Source of the DNA: Candidatus Woesearchaeota archaeon
GTDB taxonomy: Archaea; Nanobdellota; Nanobdellia; SCGC-AAA011-G17; ARS1403
Direction: 5' to 3'
Length of the DNA: 46,651 nt
NCBI GenBank assembly: GCA_964367085.1
Contig: CAYIWL010000001.1
Span: 1 to 46,651 of the forward strand
In this document: positions 37,001 to 43,855 of the stretch, in pieces
Numbering within the stretch: the stretch's first letter is position 1
Layout of the letters: every line of letters starts with the position of its first letter
Notes under the pieces: generated by a model
Database searches by the model: none
Told to the model about the DNA's origin: nothing
What the model saw: only the letters and a program-made list of their open reading frames with translations
Program-made: the position numbers and the translations under genes

Positions 37001-38896
37001 AACAATAATTGCATTACACCGTGTAGTACAGATTCTAAATGCGTTGCAGATCTTGATTGCGCTTCTGTTTGCAATGCCGACGGTGATTGCGATGCTGGAG
37101 AAAATGTAAATAATTGTGCTGTTGATTGCACTCCCTGTGCCAATGGTGCTGTTAGAGATTGTGGCACTTCTGATATTGGATTGTGTGCTTTAGGCAGACA
37201 GACATGTGTAAATAATAGATGGAATGAATGCAGCGGGAATATAAATCCTATGGCTGAAATTTGCGGAGACAATTCTGATAATGATTGTGATTCAAGTATA
37301 GATGAGGGGTGTGCTTGCACTATTGGAGCTACTAGAGGTTGTGGCACCGACGTGGGAGTTTGTACAACTGGAATTCAACGCTGTATAAGTGGAGATTGGG
37401 ATGTTTGTAGTGGAGTTAAACCTCAACCTAATGAAGTATGCGGTAATAATTTAGATGATGATTGTGACGGGAATGAAGATGAAGGATGTGAAGAACCACC
37501 TGGACCACCAACTGGAGATTGTAGAATATCTAGAGCAATGTGGGTTAGTGAAGATGGAAGAAATCAGCTAAGTGGGGATATTAATGAAAACACAATTGTA
37601 AATGTTGCTTTGCAGGGACAAAATTGTAATGGACAACAAATAAGCTTAGAACTTTATGGGCTTGATGACAGAAATCTTTTAGGAAAAAGTTATGAAAGAA
37701 TTACTAATATAAATTTCCCACAGACGGTTACTTTTGAAGATCAAGGGGTTGCATTTGCTCAATGGACAGTTAGATGGATTGAAGATACTGGATTTACATT
37801 GGATAATGATCCTGAATTTATATTTAGAGCTGTTGGCACTGATTTAGAATCTCCTGTTATCAAAGTAAAAAAAATTGTAAGCAGTTCATCTGATACCGAT
37901 GGAGATGGGAGATTAAATGAAAATGATAATTGCCCGAGTGTTGCTAATGCAGATCAATTAGATTCTGATAATGATGGAATTGGAGATGCTTGTGATTCCC
38001 CGGGAGGTGGCGGAACTGGAGCTTCTAGCCTGATATTAGGAGAAGTAGGGCCGAGCGGAACTGTGCAGACAATAACGCCTGAACTCTTCATTAATTTAAG
38101 AGGAGGCCCAGATCAGAACGGAGTTGCAACTTGCCACTTTAGGAGAGGATTTACTCGAGAATTAGAGGAAAGACTTAATCCAAATGATTACGACGGAACA
38201 ATGGATTATGAAAGGGTTTTTGGCGGAACCACTAAATATAGTAAAACATTAAACAACATTAATGTCGGAAACCATGAATATTATATCCGATGCCAGGATT
38301 CTTTAGGAGCATTAACGCAGCTAAGAAGAATTAATTTTGCGGTTCAGATTCCTATCACTCAGCAACTTAACATTTTAGCTTCCGGACCTGATGGAGATTA
38401 TGGGAAGAGAAAAATTGAGATGGCTACTGCAACTAGCGGAGGTGTCGGTGACATTAGTTGTGTTTATACTGGCACTGCAATAGTCCCGTCTAGAATATCC
38501 GGAAGCAAGCTTGATCTTGGTTCAGGAGTTCTCGTGCATACCGCGAATGTAACTGTAAATGCTGATAGCACTTATAATATTAGGGTTGAGTGCAGTGATA
38601 GTGCCGGACAGACTGTGGCGCAGGATCATACTATAAGAGTTGTCGAGGATAGCGTTGCCCCTGAAATAAGGCAGATAATCAGCGAGGGTAGCAACAAATA
38701 TGTAACTGTTAGCGAGGAGGCTGACTGCGAAATTGCAACTGGAGACTCTGTCCCTGTTAATGAAAATCAATGGAAAGGAGTTGGCAAGGATGCAAGAAAC
38801 AGGGCTAAACATTTGATTGCTTTAAGTGGAAGCTATTACTTCAGATGTAAGGATATTTGGGATAATCAGATGAGCATTGTTAAGATTAATCCTTGA
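31070..38896 (+). CDS. Giant (2608 aa) extracellular multi-repeat adhesin-like protein
   Basis: The uninterrupted 7.8-kb ORF has an N-terminal signal/anchor. Two thrombospondin-type-3-like Ca-binding repeats lie at about 34709-34820 and 37889-37996. Three tandem 100-aa Ig-like repeats lie at about 34838-35730. Four repeats of about 100 aa with a C...W[YW]V[RK]C signature lie at 34138-34705 and 36059-36661. Two Cys-rich repeats ending in DNDCD..DEGC lie at 37133-37489. Confidence 0.8.
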   Translation: MKRFNLKLICILILIVLSSFISIHNVYSYAGVDDAIVLGIGCIGGMFFSGGSCRLYQPPKQNYDCGVCNDKDKFLFGKCTEYQCRAIGRDCVFVPSLKDSSEGFCLNKREQALVENEIVSCGVLDIATMRIKEDVRNIYDDSVSSESQSDQSDGSAPPDITGNALNPGGRTRSVAASENRVLKGCDLGDLAINKLYGFILTTNRPVECRFSTVPRKEDLFTVDLFDGVTEGMSDEEAYRIILENVGNSKVKLFTEFPNGVDHLWPIHFNVAEWTSDNIKECNDGGCTFYARCADFDGSNVMEEDFIFTFNIVDPVDDTEGPKIIDFNPENSNGLQRYTLPLSANGNLNVEFRVSDETGIKECRYSRNDGGYGQMTLINDCKPNTDDTSQFIQQCNVALSEVREGDNLFYFNCMDTDEKENINPTNYVYNVVGASSLSLQVKSPLDGSTIDGVSDILEVVTSGGTDGTAVCKYSYSRIGGGISGTNLVFASDTPGSEDKREHKQEINFLTEDADYILIVDCEDLHDNQNKASATVNFKFEKYVAPPEGAVVCEVDNTCPLCSKDKYCAELEGEKYLCNPTTDVRQSCTNGVCSAANCPSTTKTYGASYCSLDPTPLCLSDQDNDEIEDALDCNDKDTQTGRTIGQCIEALCETCSENSESAANDGNCVKKRGCVIDCNNNYFDQNQAICLSAKDNGCKWSGDENKCGYDCAEGYNDDDSNSVCVPEGIVEIKGELPVGCELSEVKWYDLENGRPYSNAVSVDEDTEIALKVRGNEQCKDADIEIDLYDYEEFLGESVYEQITFMGFPKVLKLDERSAGGGYYKVALLTLPWQGDANEEYEDEDPELVAAFGDVFSASSNEKTQLIKINKITTPPGAKAGDACETADQCDGVYGPAGALGLTCVKTEQKCPTTTPPPNPVLCGNNNLDEGESCDGSLRDGKTCDDFDNQVGTLQCASDCNGFDTSSCRNPDQPSPGGGCTVKFGDVVCPGIYGYEGQNLKCFDKGDNCPAVTTGQPPGGGGVPGTGTLNIGEISSLKGNIVIITNKDAECEVYNSRSYVSSAKIGNMHKEPIGSNTHHSYSYDVVGTYDTWWVKCTAGSEVADKKVPTFTVTSGDTNGNNVPLRIDRVFVTEDKEVVVWTSGGRGNDGSADCAVYSSGAFTSKIADMTSFDLGDVDTHSYSHNTPGTYNGWYVRCEDNGDVKTQVVPSFTIVEGHDNDRDNDGKLNTEDNCSDIANADQKDSDNDGVGDICDTGEDLTLPVVNIIAPIDGAELRQSDISVNAEFSDETITNCEAKLDLGRFIAMDDDNRNNGIASYSFAEVNVGQHTIQVWCRDSSGKIGKDEVTFMVISRDPGTDNNPPTIEIESPQDNAVLRQNYVDVSVRFSDETNTECSARLDFGTFTKMNGGGTTSGIATHKFTNLQVREQPYGLSVRCVDGNNNPVERSVRFAVENDNPNSDHNNPVVEIQSPLNNVELEEGDVEVIVAFSDETTTTCTLRLDSGRVLQMLDDGLTSGVAYYKLLGMKARQNPYNLLAECKDSNNNIGRDSINFVVRKEGSGTEPEENSIDVFIDLPRQTDRFSVGDSLLLSVRSSERADCRYIDYNLRETKPVYDDMIALNSVDSSGKNHALRIIYSGDKEGFYVMCKNDAGSGYNFVEVIRKADDVDKPLGIKTVSSARGRIVVETIGGKSDDGSASCSVYNSISMIDSNKVSDLRSSVLNAKTFAHAYTHTTPGTYNGWYVRCADDEDARDIQSMSIDEFTVTPGGVIVADKPLEIDNLNSDRGNIIAITSGGGDDDGSADCDLFDHINLRNKIIDLESVNLGRTFAHTYIHITPGTYSGWYVRCADDENADRIRGRTVPTFTVREGDVPGEMIDVRITSPLSNAEFSSGENVLLSVSTNEAVDCRYSSYTLGGGELPNYDNMEILNPSTQAKTIHAKQIVYSDDNGYYVKCVNNLKSGDKFVVVKKKTGQEECPYDCSRNNNCITPCSTDSKCVADLDCASVCNADGDCDAGENVNNCAVDCTPCANGAVRDCGTSDIGLCALGRQTCVNNRWNECSGNINPMAEICGDNSDNDCDSSIDEGCACTIGATRGCGTDVGVCTTGIQRCISGDWDVCSGVKPQPNEVCGNNLDDDCDGNEDEGCEEPPGPPTGDCRISRAMWVSEDGRNQLSGDINENTIVNVALQGQNCNGQQISLELYGLDDRNLLGKSYERITNINFPQTVTFEDQGVAFAQWTVRWIEDTGFTLDNDPEFIFRAVGTDLESPVIKVKKIVSSSSDTDGDGRLNENDNCPSVANADQLDSDNDGIGDACDSPGGGGTGASSLILGEVGPSGTVQTITPELFINLRGGPDQNGVATCHFRRGFTRELEERLNPNDYDGTMDYERVFGGTTKYSKTLNNINVGNHEYYIRCQDSLGALTQLRRINFAVQIPITQQLNILASGPDGDYGKRKIEMATATSGGVGDISCVYTGTAIVPSRISGSKLDLGSGVLVHTANVTVNADSTYNIRVECSDSAGQTVAQDHTIRVVEDSVAPEIRQIISEGSNKYVTVSEEADCEIATGDSVPVNENQWKGVGKDARNRAKHLIALSGSYYFRCKDIWDNQMSIVKINP

Positions 38897-38913
38897 TCAT
38901 ACCATTATTATAG

Positions 38914-38943
38914 TACAAATATTTATAAACTAATTTGTATTAT
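38914..38943 (+). repeat. Copy 1 of a perfect 30-bp repeat, a palindrome-flanked TATA box with no annotated gene downstream
   Basis: The sequence is TACAAATATTTATAAACTAATTTGTATTAT, identical to 39014-39043 and exactly 100 bp upstream of it. The arms TACAAAT/ATTTGTA flank TTTATAAA. Confidence 0.9.
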
Positions 38944-39013
38944 ATATTGTTCTGTGGAAAACCAGAAAAGTTTGCAAATTGTTTTATATTGAGCAATTTT
39001 GTTATGAATATGA

Positions 39014-39043
39014 TACAAATATTTATAAACTAATTTGTATTAT
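39014..39043 (+). promoter_or_regulatory. Copy 2 of the 30-bp repeat, the likely promoter/operator of the 39053 ATPase gene
   Basis: TATA TTTATAAA at 39022-39029 lies 31 nt upstream of ATG 39053, inside 8-bp inverted arms ATACAAAT/ATTTGTAT. Confidence 0.5.
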
Positions 39044-39052
39044 GTTTTATGA

Positions 39053-40306
39053 ATGGCACAGATAACCAAAGATATTCTGATACTACAGAAGCGAGAACTG
39101 GATAAGCGAATTAAAGAAAAATATATCGACAGAGGAAACGAGCTAAAAGGGTTAAACAGCAATATTATCAAAGTTATTATCGGGCCTAGAAGGGCCGGAA
39201 AATCCTTCTTTGCCATTCATACTTTGGATAAATATGGAAATTTTGGCTATGTTAATTTTGACGACGAGAAACTAATTGAGACGGAAAACTATGATGAGGT
39301 AATAACTGCTGTGAACTCTGTTTATAATAATCCTAAAGTGATATTATTTGACGAGATCCAGAATCTTGCTAAATGGGAATTGTTTGTGAACCGGCTACAA
39401 AGGCAAGATTATAACTTAGTAATTACTGGGAGCAACGCCCAACTTCTGAGCAAAGAATTAGCTACACATTTAACTGGAAGGTGTTTTTTAACATATATCT
39501 TTCCATTTTCATTTAAGGAATATCTCCAATTTGAGGAGGAGCCAACAACTACGGAAATAAAAGAGAAATTGTCTAATTATCTAATTTATGGGGGGTATCC
39601 AGAGCCGCTGCTCAAAAATTTGGGCTATGGAGATTATTTATCAACTTTGTTTGGCTCAATAATCTATAAAGATATTGTGAAGAGGTATAAGATAAGGTCA
39701 GCAGACGAAATAGAAAATTTAGCCTTTTATCTCTTATCAAACATTGCAACTGAGTATTCTTATCATTCTTTAACGAAAATAAGTGGCATTAAAAGCTCGC
39801 ATACAATTCAAAAATATCTAGGATATTTGGAGGAAGCGCTTATTTTCTTTAGCTTGAACCGATTTTCTTATAAAGTTAAAGAGCAGCTTGCATCCAATAA
39901 AAAGATTTATTGCATTGATAACGGCTTTATCACGGCTAAGTCATTTAAATTAAGCCCGGATATTGGAAAACTTTATGAAAATCTAGTAGCTATTGAATTA
40001 AAGAAAAAAGAGATGAAGAATAAACTAAGTGTTTTTTATTGGAAAAATCCACAACAGGAAGAAGTAGATTTTGTACTTAAAAAAGGGGCAAAAGTTAAGC
40101 AGCTTATCCAAGTTTGCTTTAATATCAGCAATGTGAAAACGAAGGATAGGGAAATTCGCGCTTTGCTTAAGGCAAGCCGAGAGCTAAAATGCCAAGACCT
40201 TCTTATTATCACAGAAAATTATGATAATGAAAAAAATATTGAATGGTTCGGAATAAAAAGAAATATTAAGTTTTTACCTTTATGGAAATGGTTGCTTGAA
40301 AAATGA
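39053..40306 (+). CDS. AAA_14 plus DUF4143 family ATPase
   Basis: Walker A is IIGPRRAGKSFF and Walker B is VILFDEIQNL. GSNAQLL follows, then a DUF4143-like middle region and a C-terminal EEVDFVL motif. Confidence 0.75.
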   Translation: MAQITKDILILQKRELDKRIKEKYIDRGNELKGLNSNIIKVIIGPRRAGKSFFAIHTLDKYGNFGYVNFDDEKLIETENYDEVITAVNSVYNNPKVILFDEIQNLAKWELFVNRLQRQDYNLVITGSNAQLLSKELATHLTGRCFLTYIFPFSFKEYLQFEEEPTTTEIKEKLSNYLIYGGYPEPLLKNLGYGDYLSTLFGSIIYKDIVKRYKIRSADEIENLAFYLLSNIATEYSYHSLTKISGIKSSHTIQKYLGYLEEALIFFSLNRFSYKVKEQLASNKKIYCIDNGFITAKSFKLSPDIGKLYENLVAIELKKKEMKNKLSVFYWKNPQQEEVDFVLKKGAKVKQLIQVCFNISNVKTKDREIRALLKASRELKCQDLLIITENYDNEKNIEWFGIKRNIKFLPLWKWLLEK

Positions 40307-40797
40307 AACGGGGACAAACTCAGCAAATATTTGTATGGATTCTTGTTTTAGTCGTTGCTGTTTCAATTTTATTTTTTGGGATTAAGCTGATAAAGAAAAG
40401 CGAAGGGTTGAAAGATGAAGCTTTGATTGTGAGATTCTTTGATAATTTAGATAAAAAATTAAGCCAGTATTATTATCTCGATAAAGGCAGTTCGGGAGAA
40501 GAGAAGTTTTTATTGCCAAATGATGTGAAAGAGGTTTGCTTTATTAACTCCGATATTAGTGTTCTGGCCGAGTTTACAAATACTCAAGTTGATGAAGATA
40601 AAAAGGATTATTTTTTCCAGTTAAAAGATTTTAGTGATGTCTTTATCCTGCCTAATAATCTCTATCAAGGAAATAGGTACAATTTAACTATGGTATTTAC
40701 TTCTATAGACAACCCAAAATGCTTAAATGTTGCAAATGGAATCTTAACTGTTAATCTAGAGAATAAAGGGGTAACTGAAGGTGTTGAGATCAAATAA
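40303..40797 (+). CDS. Small pilin-like protein with a class III signal peptide
   Basis: The N-terminus is MKRG-QTQQIFVWILVLVVAVSILFFGI. It forms an ATGA overlap with the ATPase stop. Confidence 0.55.
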   Translation: MKRGQTQQIFVWILVLVVAVSILFFGIKLIKKSEGLKDEALIVRFFDNLDKKLSQYYYLDKGSSGEEKFLLPNDVKEVCFINSDISVLAEFTNTQVDEDKKDYFFQLKDFSDVFILPNNLYQGNRYNLTMVFTSIDNPKCLNVANGILTVNLENKGVTEGVEIK

Positions 40798-40939
40798 AAA
40801 TGGAAAAATGATGACGGATAAAGAACTAATTGTTTCAACGGAACTCCTAAATCAGAAAAGGACGAGCTGGTCGCAAAATGCGGCTACCTTAAATCACTTA
40901 GGATCACAAATTGTTATACTAGAAAATAGGTAGAAAGAT

Positions 40940-41836
40940 ATGACAAAAGAATTAACTGTACTAAATCAAGAAGATATTAAAAGTAAAATTTATACTATTC
41001 ATGGATTACCGGTAATGCTTGATGAAGACTTAGCAGAGCTTTATCAGGTTAAGACAGGAAGGTTGAATGAGCAAGTGAAAAGAAATATTGAGAGATTTCC
41101 TAGAGAATTTATGTTTCAATTAAATGAAAATGAATATAATATCTTGATATCGCAAATTGCGACTTCAAGTTCAAAGTGGGGAGGAAGAAGGAAACTGCCA
41201 TATGTTTTTACTGAACAAGGAGTAGCTATGCTTTCTGGGGTCCTAAATAGTAACATTGCGATAACGGTAAGTATTCAAATAATGAATGCTTTTGTGGCAA
41301 TGAGGAGATTTATTTCTCTTAATTCCCAATTATTCCAGAGAATGGATGTAATTGAGAAGAAGCAGATTGAAAGTGATAAAAGAATTGATAAGGTATTTGA
41401 TATAATTGAAAGTAAAAATATCAAACCCGATAAGGGAATATTTTTTAATGGACAGATTTTTGATGCGTATATGTTCTTTTCGGATATAATAAGAACTGCA
41501 GATAATTCAATTGTTCTAATTGATAACTACATTGATGATTCTGTTTTAACACTCTTTAATAAAAGAAAAAAGAATGTGAAAGTTACAATATTTACTAAAG
41601 AACTATCAAAGCAATTATCCTTAGATTTAAAAAAATATAATTCTCAATACCCTTCCATTGAAGTTAAAAAATTCAAGTTATCGCATGATCGGTTTATAAT
41701 AATCGATAATAAGAACGTATACCATTTTGGAGCATCATTAAAAGATTTGGGAAAAAAGTGGTTTGCATTTTCCAAGTTTGATAATGAGACATTTTTCTTA
41801 CTCGATAAGTTGAAAAAAGAGGTACTACATGAATAA
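40940..41836 (+). CDS. ORF6N (KilA-N-like) domain protein with a C-terminal HDRFIIID-containing domain
   Basis: Motifs are IYTIHGLPVMLDEDLAELYQVKTGRLNEQVKRNIERFPREFMFQL...GGRRKLPYVFTEQGVAMLSGVL, and at the C-terminus SHDRFIIIDNKNVYHFGASLKDLGKKWFAFSKF. Confidence 0.7.
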   Translation: MTKELTVLNQEDIKSKIYTIHGLPVMLDEDLAELYQVKTGRLNEQVKRNIERFPREFMFQLNENEYNILISQIATSSSKWGGRRKLPYVFTEQGVAMLSGVLNSNIAITVSIQIMNAFVAMRRFISLNSQLFQRMDVIEKKQIESDKRIDKVFDIIESKNIKPDKGIFFNGQIFDAYMFFSDIIRTADNSIVLIDNYIDDSVLTLFNKRKKNVKVTIFTKELSKQLSLDLKKYNSQYPSIEVKKFKLSHDRFIIIDNKNVYHFGASLKDLGKKWFAFSKFDNETFFLLDKLKKEVLHE

Positions 41837-42746
41837 AAGAGGAATGGCGATACCATTTGACTGGATGTTTTCTTTAGTTGCAGGAATCTTAATCTTTTCC
41901 TTTTTAATTTACTTTGCAGTGCAGCACACTGACTTGTTTGGAAAAATAACTACAAGGGTTGTTGCTGAAGAACTCGACGTTCTCTTTTCAGGTTATGAAA
42001 CCACCGAATCTAAAAGTGTTTTGGACTTTAAGAAAGAGGTTGAATTGAAATTTTCATGCAGCACAGGACAGGGACAGTCTTTTACAGTTAACAACAAAGA
42101 AGGAAAGAATTTGTGGGGGAAAATAATCTTTGCTCCTAAAGAAATTAAAAGCGACAAAGTAAATGTTGCTACGATGAGCTGGGATGTTCCTTTTAGGGCT
42201 GCTAACTTTATTTATTTGTGGGATAGGAAATACAATTTTGAGAACCCTCCCAACTTAGACATTTTGAGGTCTATTGATTCAACCAATGGAGATACAATTA
42301 TATTTAGATTTGTTGACCATGTAGATGAAAGTCCTGTATGTAGTGAGGATGGCAAAATAATCTATTATATAATTGAAGGGGGATATTATCATGGTTATGT
42401 CTGTTTCGCTAAAAACGAAGAAAGTGTTAAGTTCTTTGGAGAAGCAATGATGGTTGGTGCTATTTTTACCGACGATAGAGATGCGCTTATTTGTGCAAAT
42501 AAACTTGCAGTTAACAGATTAGAGATTATAAATGAAGTTTATAAAGAAAAGGCAAATAAACTTATAGAATCTGCAGATCAATTTAACTATCTGTGCAGCT
42601 ATGGCGAAGCCATGTACAATCCTAGTGCAGTAAACAATTTTGATCTAGGAAATGATCTTAACATCCAGTTTGGCTATGATGATGTTAACGTAGTTGAAAC
42701 TTCAAATGAAAATTTAATAAGGGAGGGGTGTCCAAGTGTCTACTAG
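41829..42746 (+). CDS. Pilin-like protein with a class III-type signal peptide
   Basis: The N-terminus is MNKRG-MAIPFDWMFSLVAGILIFSFLIYF. It overlaps the ORF6N gene by 8 nt. Confidence 0.5.
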   Translation: MNKRGMAIPFDWMFSLVAGILIFSFLIYFAVQHTDLFGKITTRVVAEELDVLFSGYETTESKSVLDFKKEVELKFSCSTGQGQSFTVNNKEGKNLWGKIIFAPKEIKSDKVNVATMSWDVPFRAANFIYLWDRKYNFENPPNLDILRSIDSTNGDTIIFRFVDHVDESPVCSEDGKIIYYIIEGGYYHGYVCFAKNEESVKFFGEAMMVGAIFTDDRDALICANKLAVNRLEIINEVYKEKANKLIESADQFNYLCSYGEAMYNPSAVNNFDLGNDLNIQFGYDDVNVVETSNENLIREGCPSVY

Positions 42747-43212
42747 GGGCCAACTGGAAATTGGAATCACAACAATGGTGTTAGTAGTATTCATTGTCTT
42801 GTTATTATTCAGCCTGATTCTCTATTTTAGGTTTACTTATATGGAAATAGAAGAGACTAAAACAACTTTATTCGATCAAAAATATAACAGCCTGTTAAGC
42901 GTAATAATTGGGATGCCCGAATTTAGATGTAGCAGAGGAGGGGTTGAAAGCGAATGCTTGGACGAAGTTAAATTAATGGTGTTTAAAGATGTCAGAGATA
43001 GTAATGATGACAATGATGAAAATAAAAAATATTATCAAAATCTATTCGGAAATGTGAAAGGAATCTGGGTTGAAATCCCCGGAGGTTCTCCTACTGAAAT
43101 TTATGGTTTGATTGGTTCTGATGGTGAGATTTATTCTGTCCCTGTTTCTGTATATAATCCTATTGAAAAAAAGTATAAAATTGGAATTTTAAAGATTAGT
43201 GGTGAAACATGA
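42736..43212 (+). CDS. Small pilin-like protein with a class III signal peptide
   Basis: A GTG start gives MSTRG-QLEIGITTMVLVVFIVLLLFSLILYF. It overlaps the upstream gene by 11 nt. Confidence 0.55.
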   Translation: MSTRGQLEIGITTMVLVVFIVLLLFSLILYFRFTYMEIEETKTTLFDQKYNSLLSVIIGMPEFRCSRGGVESECLDEVKLMVFKDVRDSNDDNDENKKYYQNLFGNVKGIWVEIPGGSPTEIYGLIGSDGEIYSVPVSVYNPIEKKYKIGILKISGET

Positions 43213-43661
43213 GGCGAGGGCAAACAGAAATTATCGGATTAATTGTTGTCGTTTTATTGCTAGTTTTCGCTTTGATATTCTTTGTCAAAGTCAAAAGCTC
43301 TCCAGATACCGATGACGAAAGTAGGCTGATCCGGTATAATTTGAGGGCAAACAGTGCTTTGAATGCTTTAATGAAATTTCATATTAAAAACGATGCAGAG
43401 AGAAGGCAGATGAAAGACGTTGTTCAAGAATGCGTAGATAAGTCGGATCCTAATTCTAACGAATGTGTTGATGCTAGCAGCATATTAAACCAAACTATCA
43501 AGGATGAAGTTCAGTTTGATGAAAAAGAATATTGGCTTGCGGTAATGACTGGGGCCAATGGCAAAATGATTTCTTCTGGAGCTGAATGCAAAAACAGCAT
43601 ACCAGCGGTTCCATTTTATTTAAGAAATGGTGGCAGAGTAGAGTTCAAGGTTTGTGCTTAG
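43209..43661 (+). CDS. Small pilin-like protein with a class III signal peptide
   Basis: The N-terminus is MRRG-QTEIIGLIVVVLLLVFALIFF. It forms an ATGA overlap with the upstream gene. Confidence 0.55.
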   Translation: MRRGQTEIIGLIVVVLLLVFALIFFVKVKSSPDTDDESRLIRYNLRANSALNALMKFHIKNDAERRQMKDVVQECVDKSDPNSNECVDASSILNQTIKDEVQFDEKEYWLAVMTGANGKMISSGAECKNSIPAVPFYLRNGGRVEFKVCA

Positions 43662-43693
43662 TTAGTAAGTTAGTAAGTTAGTAAGTTACTAAG
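43662..43693. repeat. Four tandem 8-bp units (TTAGTAAG x3, TTACTAAG), preceded by a partial TTAG
   Basis: Read directly. The array begins 1 nt after the stop of 43209..43661 and ends 5 nt before the TATA-like box at 43699. Confidence 0.9.
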
Positions 43694-43698
43694 AAAAC

Positions 43699-43706
43699 TT
43701 TATATA
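43699..43706 (+). promoter_or_regulatory. TATA-box-like TTTATATA for the RHH gene at 43730
   Basis: It lies 31 nt upstream of ATG 43730. Confidence 0.4.
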
Positions 43707-43729
43707 TTCTCGAAATAACTAGTAAAGCG

Positions 43730-43855
43730 ATGAAAAAGTACCTCCTTCTTGTTGAGGATGAGAAATTGTGGGAGAAATTCAAGGATTCTATTAAAAGAGA
43801 CATCAACACCGAGATAATTGAACTGATAAAAGAGAGGGCTAATAGAAAGAAATGA
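43730..43855 (+). CDS. Ribbon-helix-helix-like small protein, 41 aa, absent from the ORF track
   Basis: Hand translation gives MKKYLLLVEDEKLWEKFKDSIKRDINTEIIELIKERANRKK. It forms an ATGA overlap with 43852. The layout matches 28138..28275. Confidence 0.45.
   Translation: MKKYLLLVEDEKLWEKFKDSIKRDINTEIIELIKERANRKK

Noticed and set aside
31143-38812. More than a dozen 60-120 aa ORFs in the track, mostly antisense, lie inside the giant gene (for example 31510..31755, 36985..37347 and 38522..38812). Similar shadow ORFs lie inside other long genes.
   Set aside because: They sit wholly within a continuous 7.8-kb frame that has coherent domain repeats. Their translations are low-complexity Ser/Leu/Pro-rich strings typical of antisense frames, and they have no promoter geometry.
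39053-40306. I considered whether the ATPase inside the pilin-like locus is the missing filament assembly ATPase (PilB/ArlI/VirB11 class).
   Set aside because: Its motif order (N-terminal Walker A GPRRAGKS, DEIQ Walker B, then a DUF4143-like region and a nuclease-like tail) fits the AAA_14/DUF4143 family. It lacks the Asp/His boxes and the N-terminal domain of secretion ATPases.
40808-40933. A 41-aa ORF (MMTDKELIVSTELLNQKRTSWSQNAATLNHLGSQIVILENR) lies just upstream of the ORF6N gene and could be a remnant of a second ORF6N copy.
   Set aside because: The resemblance to the ORF6N core (..SQIATS..) is only a few residues. It has no TATA geometry and no recognisable fold pattern, so it is too weak to call.
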